A DNA stretch of 64,000 nt, taken from NCBI RefSeq assembly GCF_009834535.1, contig NC_045700.1, positions 69,874,001 to 69,938,000 of the forward strand, read 5' to 3'. The notes under the pieces are model-generated. The model did no database searches and was not told the DNA's origin. It was given only the letters and a program-made list of their open reading frames with translations. Source of the stretch: Camelus ferus. Lineage: Eukaryota. Below, in pieces: positions 23,211 through 35,640 of the stretch. A program made the position numbers and the translations under genes. Numbering within the stretch: the stretch's first letter is position 1; each line of letters opens with the position of its first letter.

Positions 23211-24319
23211 TCCTGATCAGTTTCTTTTACTCCATGGTCATTTATTTCTAGTTCATTCACCTCTGAGGGGAGCAAAGAATGGAGAGGAAGAGGGCCTGAA
23301 GCCAGAGGGCTGTGGGATGAAAAGGGGAGTCCATTTATGGAACATTTAGTAAGTGCCTTCCATGTGCCAGATGCTGTGTTAGATGCTGGGGCAGGAGTCA
23401 GTGTCGCAAGGATGGACAAACGCCATCCCCCCACAGGAACTCTCAGCACCCTTAACTGGATGCGAAGCAGAGCTTGGGAGAGTGATGAACTCCTAGACAA
23501 TAGAGGATTTGCAGTTGCCTTCTAGTTACCTCAAGAATCAGTCTTCTTACAGCAGCAAGTTACGCTGGTAAAACAGTAACAGCTATTTTAGCTACTGTCA
23601 ATATAAAATGAACTATATTTGCCCATTTTATAAGTGGTTCAAGGTTATCCTTTCTCGCCTCTGTTCCCTGTCCTCCACCACCCAAGCCAGACACCCAACC
23701 GATTCGTCCCCGATGGCTGCCTGTGATTACTGTCCTAATTTGTTCTTTCTTCATCTGCTACAGACTGCCTATTTTCTGTCCCTTCTGNNNNNNNNNNNNN
23801 NNNNNNNNNNNNNNNNNNNNNNNNNNNNNNNNNNNNNNNNNNNNNNNNNNNNNNNNNNNNNNNNNNNNNNNNNNNNNNNNNNNNNNNNNNNNNNNNNNNN
23901 NNNNNNNNNNNNNNNNNNNNNNNNNNNNNNNNNNNNNNNNNNNNNNNNNNNNNNNNNNNNNNNNNNNNNNNNNNNNNNNNNNNNNNNNNNNNNNNNNNNN
24001 NNNNNNNNNNNNNNNNNNNNNNNNNNNNNNNNNNNNNNNNNNNNNNNNNNNNNNNNNNNNNNNNNNNNNNNNNNNNNNNTGATATACAGTGTGACAAGAG
24101 CTAGTCCAAATCCCCAAATATTTATAGAAAGCAATTCTTCATCGTGGGAACACTAATAGTAACACCTATTTTTACCATGGAAGACACAGGGGACCCATGC
24201 GTATAGAGAATAACCTGAGACTGGTTATTAATTCATACCTGGGGTCGGTGTAATGGGAAACTGGGAAAAGGGACCTTCCTGTGTTCCAGGATTGTAATCA
24301 TTTTCTTTGATCCCCACCA

Positions 24320-24440
24320 CAAACCCTTGAGGCAGGTATTGTTATTCTTATTTCATAGATGAGAAACTGGAGGTTCTGGGAGGTTAAGTAACTTGCCCAA
24401 AGCCATACAGCTGGTAAACGGCAGAGCTGAAATCATGGAC
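24320..24440 (-). mobile_element. MIR fragment
   Basis: ttatttcatagatgagaaactggaggttctgggaggttaagtaacttgcccaaagccatacagctggtaa. Confidence 0.85.
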
Positions 24441-24759
24441 TATCCCAAACTCCTTTTTTAATGATATCTTTTTGATACTTTGACAGCTTCCATGAACGGT
24501 TATCAAATCTGCCTTGCAGCAAACAAAGTTATATCAAGATTCTAGTTTATTTCCAAGTTTAAAATGTATTTGATGTGTTAGAAAGAGGTACTTGAACAAA
24601 TCTAGCAGAGAGGGAAGGAAGAGTGGGCTGCCAGAGGAGACTGGGAGCCCCTGGGGGCTCTCCGATCCCCTGTCTCCACAATCTGCAGATGGGGATGCCT
24701 CAGGGCACCACCAAGTACAATCTGCAGTGGCTTTCCAGCCCGTGCCCTTGCTGCAGCCT

Positions 24760-25580
24760 GGATGATACTTCCAGGATGCAGACCGGACCACATCATTCTC
24801 CTGCTTAAAGCCTTCAAAGGCCCTTACTCGCAGGATGAAGGCCAACCTGTTTAAAAGGTTTACAAGACCCTTCCTGCCTGGCTCTGGACTATCTTTCCTG
24901 CCTCACTGAGTCATCCAGCAAATATTTATTGAGTGCTTGCTCTATGCCCGGCAGAGGAGATACATGGCAGTGCAAGAAGCATATAGAAGTCTTCACTCTC
25001 AGGAAGACTGCACATACGTCCTGCTGAGAGGGAAGAGATAATACGGAAACAAGTGGAACATAAGTTATGTTTGAAGGTGATTCATGATATAGAGAAAAAT
25101 AAGGCAGAGAGGGAGTGGGGAGTAGCTGTGGATGATGGTGAAGGCTGCAATTTTAAGCAGACAAGGAAGGCACCCCCCACCGACACCCCTACCCCCTGCA
25201 AGAAAGCGATGTTTGAGTGAAGCTCTGAAGAAGGTGAGGGGAGTTTCTGTGGGGCTGACTGTGGGAAGAGCAAGTGCAGAGGACTGCCATCAGTTCCTGG
25301 AGCAAGGCTGTCCCACAGCCTGTCCCTCTCCTGGGAACACACCCCTCCCTTCTAACTCTCCTCATCCTTCAGGTCTGTGCCTCCCATGACTCCCCAGGGA
25401 ACTGAGCACTTCCCACCGCTGCCTGAGGTGACACTCACACTTGTATGGCCACCTCTCCTCCCCGTGAGACTGTAAGCTCCATGAGGGCAGGAACCATGAC
25501 TGTCCTGTTTCCATGGAACTGCAGTGCTGGACACAGGTCTGGAGATGAATACACATTTGATACATATTTGCTGAACAAAA
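24760..25580. mobile_element. Cluster of L2 fragments in alternating orientation (+ ~24760-24905, - ~24910-25345, + ~25350-25580)
   Basis: ctcctgcttaaagccttcaaaggccc; cagcaaatatttattgagtgcttgctctatgcccggc; gactgtaagctccatgagggcaggaacc. Confidence 0.7.
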
Positions 25581-26689
25581 GAGTAATGATCACACTGGGG
25601 GCAAGCTACATGTTATGGCCCAACTCAGTTAAAAAGGGGAGGGCCAGAAAGACGCCTTTCCAGGAAGCACATGTTGACCTCCTGTCTGTCTCTGCGTAGT
25701 GCTGGCTCCTCATTCCCAAAGAGGAAAGTTACTAGTCATTTTTCAGGGCTGGTTTGCTGGGGTCACATACATTAATGTGCCATGAGATCACCCTGGGTGT
25801 GGATTTGATCATTTCCATATTTTCTAGGAGGCTAACTCTCACGTGGCTGTCTCTCTAGGCATAATTCTCCCTCCCATAACATTTCTATTACTTTTAAGTA
25901 TTAATGGTGAATTGGCAGTTGGTGGGTCCCCACAGGCAGCCATCCTTCTGATGAACACCCACACCCTTTTCCTATGTTTTGAAATGTGGCTAGAGATAAA
26001 GATTTTTCTGGACAACTACATATCCAAATTTTTTTTTTGTCATCTTAGCCCTATATCTGATTAGCTTTTCAGAGTGAGAGCTCCCCTCCCTGTCTCCAGA
26101 TCAAATAAAAGCATTTGGTCCAAGCAAGAATCAGACAAAGCATTTCAAGCTCTCTAGCTTCCAAAATCATGCATGAATCACTGGGTGGAATAATAGAAAT
26201 CAGACAATACTGATTTGAGGGAAGTTTCTCCATTATCTCCAAGAGGAGATTTTGTGTTAGGCTGGAGGACAAAAGCCCAGCCAAGACTAGTTCCAACGGC
26301 TGGAATTGCTTTAACTCCTTTTGTGGGGCTCAGATTAAAGACTGGGGAGTCAAGAGGCTTTGAGAAAAGTCCTTCCAAGTCACTTGACCTATAAATCTTT
26401 TGATAAAACAATTCTCTTGACAGTATGGCTTATCTCCCTAATGTTCAGGGGCCATCGATTCTAGCTTGATGGAATGGTTTCAGTGAAGGGTCTAAAGTCA
26501 CTGGAACGTGCAGTACTGTGTTTGCTTGTTATGTTCCAGTGTTCCAACAAATAAATGATACTGAAAGGAAAGAAGATTAAATACATTAAGAGGATTCTGG
26601 GAGGCAGTGGTAAAGGAGAAAAAGTCAGAACGTTGAAACCAGGAAAGAAAGCCATGCTTTGGGGTGGCTTTTCATTTGCTGATATTTAT

Positions 26690-27030
26690 TGGGTGATACT
26701 GTGTTAGTTGGACAAACAAACACATAAATAAGCAGGATGATTGATATAGTGGTAAATCTACGAAGACAAGGAAATAGTGAGCGGAATGAGGTTGATGAGG
26801 GAGGGGGTGGGGTTTGCCTTTGGGTGATTAGGGGAGACCTCTCCGAGGAAGTGACATGTGAGCAGAGAACTGGGTGACAAGAAGGAGCCAGCCCTGGGAG
26901 GATCTATGTTTAGCAGTGAGTGTAGCCCGCATCTGATTATTCAGGGGGGTTCTCTGGAAAGGAAAGTAGAATACCCTGACTTCTAGGCCAGTTCTGCCCC
27001 CAGCCTTCGGACTCCATCCCTGACCCTGTG
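26690..27030 (-). mobile_element. L2 fragment
   Basis: gattaggggagacctctccgaggaagtgacatgtgagcagagaactggg...ggagccagccctggg. Confidence 0.65.
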
Positions 27031-28747
27031 GGGCACCCCTCTGTTTTCTGGGTGGTACAGTCATCATCATCGACACTTGTAGCTCTTAAGGATGGCAGAA
27101 TAAATAGTAAAGGGGGGTCAAGGTCTCAGGGTGTAGATGGGAGAAGAAAACCCGAGGAGAAAGAAAAGGAAAGTGGAGCAAGTAGAAGAAAGCAGAGATG
27201 ACTGAAATTTTTTTGTCTCTTTTACATGTATACATCGGTGTGAATGATTACAAAACTGATGGAAGGGTGAAATGTTTAGTAGAAAATCAAAACACTTTCC
27301 TTCACTTATATTGTACTGTAAATACTCGAATATTTTTATGTTCTGCTAAAAACACCTGGGAGCCTTTCTCTTCAGTAAATGAAACAATAAAGATTAATGA
27401 GTTAATTCGGTAAAGCTGATTTGAATTGCACAGAAGCTGNNNNNNNNNNNNNNNNNNNNNNNNNNNNNNNNNNNNNNNNNNNNNNNNNNNNNNNNNNNNN
27501 NNNNNNNNNNNNNNNNNNNNNNNNNNNNNNNNNNNNNNNNNNNNNNNNNNNNNNNNNNNNNNNNNNNNNNNNNNNNNNNNNNNNNNNTGAAAGCCAGAAC
27601 AAACGACAGCTATCGCTGTGTACAAATATCCATTTGCACACATATATAATGTCAAAAAACCTACAGATGATGTCCATTAAACAAAATAAATATTTCCTTT
27701 CTTACTCTTGGATTATAATATCTGAGCTACAAATTCAAGAAATCCTTCTCTCCAATAATTTTTCCTCCTCCTTTCAGCTCATATGTTTTGCAGGGTCACT
27801 ACCAAGGGTTGGTTCTACAGCCACTGGAACGTCTCACCTTAAGAAGGAAAGGAGATTCTACACCCGACCAGCTAGATCTCTACCACAGAACCACCACAGA
27901 TACAGATCTGCCCCGCAGGCGTCTCTTTACTTCTCCCACTCCTTTCTAATTGGGGTTCCCCATCTCTGTAGCTGCGGCTTCATGGCTCCAAGAAGAGCTA
28001 TTGTCCCTCATTAAGGAGGCTGCAACACTCTTGCTGCCTAACTGCCTCCCACGCAGCTCACAACTTCATTCTGCCTGAGAGCGAGCTGCCAAGAGTCTCT
28101 GGGAACCTGTGGGCAAGCTGAGCCGGAGGAGGAAAATAGAAGGAAGGAGGGCCTTTGTAGCCAAGATCTGAAACGTGCTACACACCCCACCATTATCTTA
28201 ATGCATGGAGAGCGGGGTCGGGAGGCCTTTGCTGAAACCCTTATGTGGTCTATCAAGTTGTCACATCAAACCTCTGCACACACAGGGCATTTGTCCCCTC
28301 CTGTGAGCAAACAAAAGGAAAAGAGTCAGTCACTCCTTTCGACCACCAGGCCCCCTCCTTGGCTGAGAGTCTGTCTCTGACTTCCCTGGAAGGTGGGGGT
28401 TGGGGGGGTGGCTCTGAATCCCAGTGGGGATGGATGGATAAGTCACTGGGGGTGGGGACCAAATCCTGGAAAAGGTACTCCTGCCTGGAGCTATGGGCTG
28501 AAGGGCCAGGCAAGTCCCCCTGTGCTTGGCCTTCTCAGGCCCTATTATTTCTTGCCCTTGGCAGCCTGTGGAACTAAAAATGGGCAGTAGGAATGGGGAG
28601 ATAGCTGAGGAGGGCAGGGAACTCTGCTGGGCTCCCTGTGACTGGGCTGCCTGGGGAGGGATCTGAGTGGGCCCGAGGCTCTGTATACACTATCAACTCA
28701 GGTTAAAGGGGAGGGGACCCAGCCTGGGTAAGGCTGGCCACTCGGCT

Positions 28748-28799
28748 ACCCACTCTGAGAACTTGTCTCTGCCACCCACTCTGAGATCTTGTCTCTGCC
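28748..28799. repeat. 26-bp tandem duplication
   Basis: acccactctgaga(a/t)cttgtctctgcc x2, one mismatch. Confidence 0.95.
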
Positions 28800-30439
28800 T
28801 AGCTCTTCCTGGCCTGGAGGAGGAGGAGACCTTTAGTCTTTAGGAGGCCAGATATAACACCAGGATCCCAGTCCAACAACCTGGCGGGCCTGCACGTCCT
28901 CTTTCTGAGGAGCAGACAGGACCACAGACCACAGTGTGGTTCCGCCCACAAGTCTGCCCAGTGGTCCACATGCCCATCACCTGCGTTCCTCCTGCTCATC
29001 TTGGCCACCTTTTTAAGTTCTGAAGGCAATTTGGTGCTGGTGAAATGGGCCGAGTGGACAGTTTTAGAAGGGCTCCACAAAGAGACACAATTTGGTTGGA
29101 AGCCTGAGAAGAGCTTTCTGGTCCCCCTCCTGGCATGAATTTTAGTCTCCATCCACTATTTTACACCTCAACTCTACATCCTCCTAAGCATTGAGCAAGT
29201 GAATCCAGTAGCTAGCAAACACCAGACCAGGAAGACAAACACAGTAACCTCCAGTCTTAGCTCTGTGACAGACTCACTTGGTGACTTGGCAAGTCATTGA
29301 GCTTTCTGTGCCTCAGTTTTTCTACCTCAGTGTTCTCCTCAGGGAGCTTTTGAATAATGAAACCCAGGACGCTTTAATTCCAGGGCTTCGCCTATCTGGA
29401 AGTAAATCTTATCCGTGAGTTCTAATTGATATTGTCCTCAGTTTAATTAAGCGCTTTGTTGACACAACAGAATTATTGTTTATTTGGCTTAGCAGGAGCT
29501 GGAGGAGAACAATTTTAAGCCAAAATAGGTATCTTTTCTGCCCCAGGGGACATAGAAACTAGTTTTTTCTGTGAGGGGGTGTCTGGCTGCATTCAGGCTG
29601 GAATTCTGCCTGTATCTGAGAGATGAAGTGTCCTATTTTAGATGCGGAGGTGGGACCTGGTAGGGTGCAGGGTGGGAAACCTGAACCGGTCCTTAGCTTC
29701 TTCTAACTCCAAACTTGAACCCCAAACTGTGTGCCTTCCATTTTTACATTGGCTCTGGTGTGACTTTTCCAATCTAACAACTAAGAGACAGGGAATTTCA
29801 ATTTATAAACTGATTTCATTGTGAAAAGTGAAATTTTCACTAGAAAAAGAAATGCTACCCGTAGTGCTTTGATTCCTACACTGGCTCGTAAAAACCTATT
29901 TCACCCATAATTTAGCTGGGCTAAGGAGCTAAACTAGTTCTGGTGATGCTGGGACAGCAGAGGGCCGGAAAAAGAAAGACGTCCTTTCCTTTTCTTTCCT
30001 GCCCCCTTCCCCTCCATTGCCCACCTGTCCTCTGCCCTCTGTGTTCCTGGGCAGCCATGTGCTGTGGGGTTTGGGGCCCTGCAGGATACAGTGTTCCCTG
30101 CTACCAAATTCTCTGCCTCTCACCCCGCCACCCAGATCTTCAGCTGTGCTCCCTTAGGTGCAGGGCACAATGAGATATGAGAAACCCAAAGAATCTGTAA
30201 TAGGTAGAATTACATAGAGTAGGGAAACAAAATTCCAGACAGCATGGAGGATATTTGGGGTGTGTGTGTCTGAGCTTGGGGGATGAGGGGGATTGGGGGT
30301 GGAAATGGTAGGTAGATTGGCTCATAGTTCTTTAAGTTATTCCTGCCATTCAAGCTTCTCCTTTTCTACATCTGAACACTGAGATTGTGTACAAGTTCCA
30401 AGTTCTGTTTTATAATAGTTTTCAAGTGAGGGAATAGAA

Positions 30440-30850
30440 TAATAACTACTATTGTAAATTACTGAGATTGCCTAGTGACAAGCATTGTGCTAATCCTTTC
30501 TCATATGTTGTTTCATCTAATCCTTGTCCTGACCCCATGAGGGAAATAGCCTTACCCCTGGCAGACGAGGAAGTTGAGCCTCAGAGAGGTTAAATAACCT
30601 GCCTGAAGCCACACAGTCAATATGGAAGAAGCTGGGATCTAAAAGCAGCTCTGTGGGATTCCCAAACCAGTAGGATTTTTGGCAAGTGCAGATCACATGC
30701 TGAATGTGGTCCTGTATGTCGTGACATCTTTTTGCTCATAGGTAAAATGGGGACAATAACTGTACTTACCTCCTAAGGATGTTGTAAGGATTAAGGGAGA
30801 TAGTCCTAAACCCTGAACATAGTAGAAACCTCAAAAACTTTGGCTGTTAT
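30440..30850. mobile_element. Two MIR fragments (- ~30440-30660, + ~30720-30850)
   Basis: gaggaagttgagcctcagagaggttaaataacctgcctgaagccacacag; gtaaaatggggacaataactgtacttacctcctaaggatgttgtaaggattaag. Confidence 0.8.
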
Positions 30851-30869
30851 TACCATTTAAAAAAACCCT

Positions 30870-30990
30870 CTCAAGATAATGGAGGGATAATTGTTGAAGC
30901 TTATGTTAGGTACATGGAGGTTCATTATACTATTCTTTCTATTTTTACATACATTTGAAGTTTTCCATAATGAAAATAAAAAAGAAAAAG
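30870..30990 (+). mobile_element. Old L1 extreme 3' end
   Basis: ggtacatggaggttcattatactattctttctatttttacatacatttgaagttttccataatgaaaataaaaaag. Confidence 0.7.
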
Positions 30991-33004
30991 AAATTGGGCA
31001 CATATCATGTGCCTGGTTAGAACTAGCAGCCAACAGATCAATAAACACAGACTTACTGGAATAAATCATAGTCACAGTGAAAATTTAACAAATAAAAGCC
31101 TCAATTTTGTAATTAAACACAAATCCCTCTCAGTAAATTATCCTTAAATTGTCAATGGAGTTTTTGGGCTGACAAAGTAATCCTGTGGGTAAGTTTGAAA
31201 CAGAAGATGAGGTTTGCTTAGATCTTCAAAAAAACCTTTGAATCAAGTTCCCCAACCAAAGCTATTTACAAAACCAGGGAGAGAGAAAGGGGGAAGGAAA
31301 GAAGAGGGGCGGGGGTGGGGAAATGCTGTGCCATGCCTTTAGAAATGAGAAACAGAAGGTGGGGAGTAAAGGGTCCTGCTCTCTATGGGGACATGCAGTT
31401 AATTCTCCCAGGCATCCCTGCTAGCCAATCTCACTTATTAGCCTCAAAAAGACTTCCAAGAAGGATGCTTAGTGACATCTCCAATCTGCACAGGACCCAA
31501 AGCTTTTGCAGAGTGAAATACCACATCGTGACAACCAACAGCAGGAAGTACCTGGGGATGGTGTGAGTTGTTACTGAAAGATCAGCTTAACTCCCATATC
31601 ATTTCACTGGAAATAAAACAAATGCAATCTTCAAATTCTGCTTAGAGGATTATGGGCTTTTTCTATCCAGGACACGGACCTTAATGTCAATAAGAGATTT
31701 ATCTGTCAATTTTTTTTTCTTTTTTTTCCTGGCTACCATGTGGCAGGAACTATGTACTCTTAGATAACAGCTAAAAAGTTCGACAAAAGGCAGGGTATGG
31801 TTCAGAAGGACACTGAAACAAAAGGTTACCTTTGTACGCTTGCACAAAAACTTAGTGTGTCTACAGGTGTTCTTTTTTTTCCTCCTGAAAGAGGAAGGCT
31901 GAAATGGGATATGAACACCATCTGTGAAACCACCAAGGAAACAGATGGGGTAAACATAGGTTTATTCAAGCGAAATCCTTAGCGCGCTAGAATTACAGAC
32001 TACTCTTTGAAATCCGAAAGAGGTAAATTTAGGACACATAATATCAAAAATAAATTTATACTGCTGTAAACTCATGAAACCTGAACTCAAGAGATAATAT
32101 AGGTCAAAATAGAAGGGGCTTTGTGAAATAGGAAAAAGGGACATAATTCTTGTTTAACAGGATTTTTAGGACACTACCAAAGTTCTAATCCCCACAAAGC
32201 AACAAAACAAAACCCAAGATAAAGCAAGTGAGAAGGGATGTTTGCTCTCCCTAACAAAGAGACAAAACTGACAACGTGAAAATGGGTGAGATGGTTTCTT
32301 TCTTATTTTAAACAAAGAGATACAATGATTCTTGGGAAATCTAATTAAGGTTTGAGCTTGTACTTTGATACTTTTTACTGACAACCTCTCTGCCCCTGAC
32401 AACTCCATAGGCCAGTGGGATCAGGGCCACTCTTGTCCCAAACTTAACATAGATGGATCTGGATGGACTAGAGAGTTTCATACTTTGAAATCCAGACTTT
32501 TCAGAAAAATAGGTGAATTCGTTGCCACCGAAAGTCGAGGATCAGAGGGATAAAACACTGAAAAGGGGGTTGAAATCCTTAAAAGGAGAATTCTGATAGC
32601 CCTATCCAATCATTTAACAAAAACTGAATAAAGGTAAATAATTTTAACTAACAGTAATTAACAAATAATGACACTATGGTGTGGACCCTTGTTTAGCTTG
32701 CTGTATATTTGCTGTTTACTCTGACTCCTGATCATTTTAAGCCAGACTTGAATAAAACCAGCTCTCCTCATGATGCATTTTTCTTCCTTACAGGGAGCGT
32801 TTTGGGGAAAAAAAAAAAAAAAGAAAAACAATGAAAAATCAGGAAGACAAAATAAAAACAGAAAAACTCAACCCCAAACATCCCTAATGTCAAACTAGCA
32901 TGATTGCACTTTATTGCATGCATTATTTGCAAGTTTTTTCTTTATAGATACATTAATTTTTTTACATAGTTGACATCACTTTGATTTCCGCTTTTCAAAT
33001 GAAA

Positions 33005-33222
33005 TTAGGATTCTCAAAGAGGGGCTGGGCAGGGGTATGTGTGACTTTTGCCCTTCAGGGGACATCTAGCAAGGACTGGAGACATTTTTGATTGTCACAA
33101 ACAAGGGGGTTGTGCTACTGGTATCTAGTGGGTAGCTCAACATCCTAGAATGCACAGGACAGCTCAAAAACAAAGAATATCTGGCCTCAAATGGCAATGG
33201 TGTTGAGGCTGGGAAACCCTGA
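33005..33222. mobile_element. MER20 DNA transposon
   Basis: ttttgcccttcaggggacatctagcaaggactggagacatttttgattgtcacaa...gaatgcacaggacagc...gaggctgggaaaccctg. Confidence 0.88.
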
Positions 33223-33269
33223 GTTAAACCTTTTGTCTTAAATCAGTTTCTAGCATGAAAAAGTACCAT

Positions 33270-33900
33270 TTTTTAAAAGCAGAATTAAACTCCTCACAAT
33301 TAACTTAATCACTTCTCTGGCTGTTTCCAATTTTTCCCATTATAGATAATGCTGCAATGGACATCTTCACTCACTCTTTTTCCTGTTAAATTATTTTCTT
33401 AGGATACATTTCCAGAAGTCAAAAATAACTGAATCAATGGGTACGAATGTTTTTTCACATTTCACAAGTCATACTGCCATCTTGCTTTACAAGTGGACTG
33501 AAACAAATTACCACCCACCAGAAGTGTAAAAGTGTACCAGTTTTACCCAAACCTCAGCAGTGCTGGGTGTTACCATTAAAAAATGTGAGAGGAGGCACAC
33601 ATCTCATATATAAAACGGTATCTCCAGTTTGCTTCAATTTGAATATAAATTGCTACTCAGGATGAATATTGTTTCCTTATTTGTTTTCTGTTATTTTTGA
33701 TATGAATTGTTTATGTCTTTTGCTTATTTTTCTAACTGGTGTTCAATGTTTTTCTTTTAAAATTGAATATGATCTTTACTGAGTTTAGATAATAATGCTA
33801 TTGTAGTTAATGCAATTATTTTCTCACTTTTTTTTTTTTTTAAGTTTTACTTTCTCCCTGCACAGGATAACACTTACTGTTAGAATTTTCATACTCTTTT
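33270..33900 (-). mobile_element. Degraded old L1 (L1ME-like)
   Basis: ttccaatttttcccattatagataatgctgcaatggacatc...ttcttaggatacatttccagaagt...cccaaacctcagcagtgctggg. Confidence 0.7.
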
Positions 33901-34429
33901 TACATGCTGGTCACCTCCCTCAACCTTTGGCCTCTACACAGAGAGGCCCCTGGGGAAGAGGAAAAGCTTCTCTAGTGATTGATGTCAGCCACCCCCAGGT
34001 AAGAGCAGTACTTGGTCTCTGACCTTATCCCAGGAACTAATTTCGCTTAATCAAATGAAAGGCCTGAGGAGGAGCCATGAGGCAAAAAGTAAAATATATG
34101 TGAAGGAGAATACCAGATTCTGTGAGGTGTTTGAAGGACCTGCATTTAAAAAAGGGCACCATACCTTTAGGACTTCAGAACTGGCAATGCTCCACATGCA
34201 GCTATTAATATGCAAAAAATGCCTTCATAAATACTTGATTCCGTTCACAGTGGGGAGGCAGTTCATTTGAAAGAGGAAATGGGAGCTTGGAGTTGAAACA
34301 TGTCTGCTTGTCTCCTTTTTCTTTTTTCATTTCTCTTTTCATCTCCACATTTCCCCTTGTAGGTTTCTTTCCCCGTCTCTCCCCAATTTAACCCCCTCCT
34401 CCAACTCTTAGGAAGTTGCTGATGTCTAT

Positions 34430-35290
34430 TTATGGGTTTACCGCCGAGGCCCTGATTCTCCTCCGGGTGTGGAAGGGCTGCCTCAGGAGTTAGTCCCACG
34501 GTTGCCACCTTGTGTGCTGAAGGCCGAAGCCGTATTCCTCCGCGCTCGGGGCCCCAGCGCCGCTCGCTGCATCGCAACCGCACGGCGGAGGGTTTTCAGT
34601 CCTACCAGCAGGGAGCACCAGAGGCAGCTTCCAGAACCGGGGAAATCCGGGAACCTAGTCACGTCTGCAAAGCACCGTCTGGCTTTCTCTCTTCCCCGCC
34701 CGGCTTTCTCTCTTCCCCGCCCGTCAGAAACTGTTTTCCAAATCGAGGTATGGGACTTGTCGTTCAAGCATGGTGATGCCAAAATAGTCCACCTTTAGGA
34801 TTTTGTTTCCTCGCAGCTAGCACACTGATAAAAAAGTAAAAGTACTTTGTGTGACTGAACTCCTGACACGGTCAGACCCCAGTGAAGGGAGGGAGGGGAG
34901 TCACGGGGGGGAATTAATGGAAAGGAACGAAGAGCAGAAACCTCTGATGCTGATAAAGATCAGTTTTGTGTGATATCCTAGCCTGCTTCAGAGTGGGAAG
35001 GCGACAGTGGAAGGACTCCGCTGGATTTGCCAGTGCCCCGTCAAGGTACGTAACTGAAATCGGCGGGGCAGAAATTTGTTTCTAAATCCTTTCCAGATGC
35101 TTTATAGTAAACATGAAATTAGTCATTTACATGGAGGAGTTTGAGGAAGTAGTTAAAATTGAAGTCGGTGATTAATCTAATAAAAAGCCATTAGCCTCAA
35201 GAAGTAAGGGGGTGGGGGAGGCGCAGAAGACACATCCCCTCCCCCACCCTCCCCCATTTTCTCTGCGTTTGGGGGTCGGTGGGGGTTTTC
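34430..35290 (+). promoter_or_regulatory. CpG-rich promoter 2 (candidate alternative promoter)
   Basis: CpG cluster; near-consensus kB site GGGGAAATCC at 34639-34648; GTCACGT at 34658-34664; duplicated GC box; donors GAG|GTATGG (34747) and AAG|GTACGT (35045). Confidence 0.7.
34681..34722. repeat. Perfect 21-bp tandem duplication containing GC box CCCCGCCC
   Basis: ggctttctctcttccccgccc x2. Confidence 0.97.
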
Positions 35291-35573
35291 CAGACGTTTC
35301 CTCAAATGGCTTTCCTTTCAGGGGCTAGTTTTCTAAAGGAAATAAGACTACTGTGCCTTGAGGAAACCGACTGGTTCTAGTGGGAACACCCCCCACCCCT
35401 TCACAGAGGAGGCACATGCAGTGCTCAGAGAGAGCCGGGTTTGCCAGGCCTCGCAAGGGAAACCCAGGATTAGAGTTTAAGACTGCCGGTCTGGTATTCC
35501 TCTTTCTGACTGCAAGGTTAATAATTCAGTCTCGGACTTAATTTGACATGACTGAGCCACTCTTTTATTGCAG

Positions 35574-35640
35574 GTGATATGAGGTCTCCAGAAATACACG
35601 CAGGGGGCTGTGTGAATTTGGAGTGTGTTTAGAATATGAG
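35574..35640 (+). other. Putative 67-nt internal non-coding exon
   Basis: Acceptor ctcttttattgcAG|G at 35573 and donor GAG|GTACTG at 35641. Confidence 0.4.
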
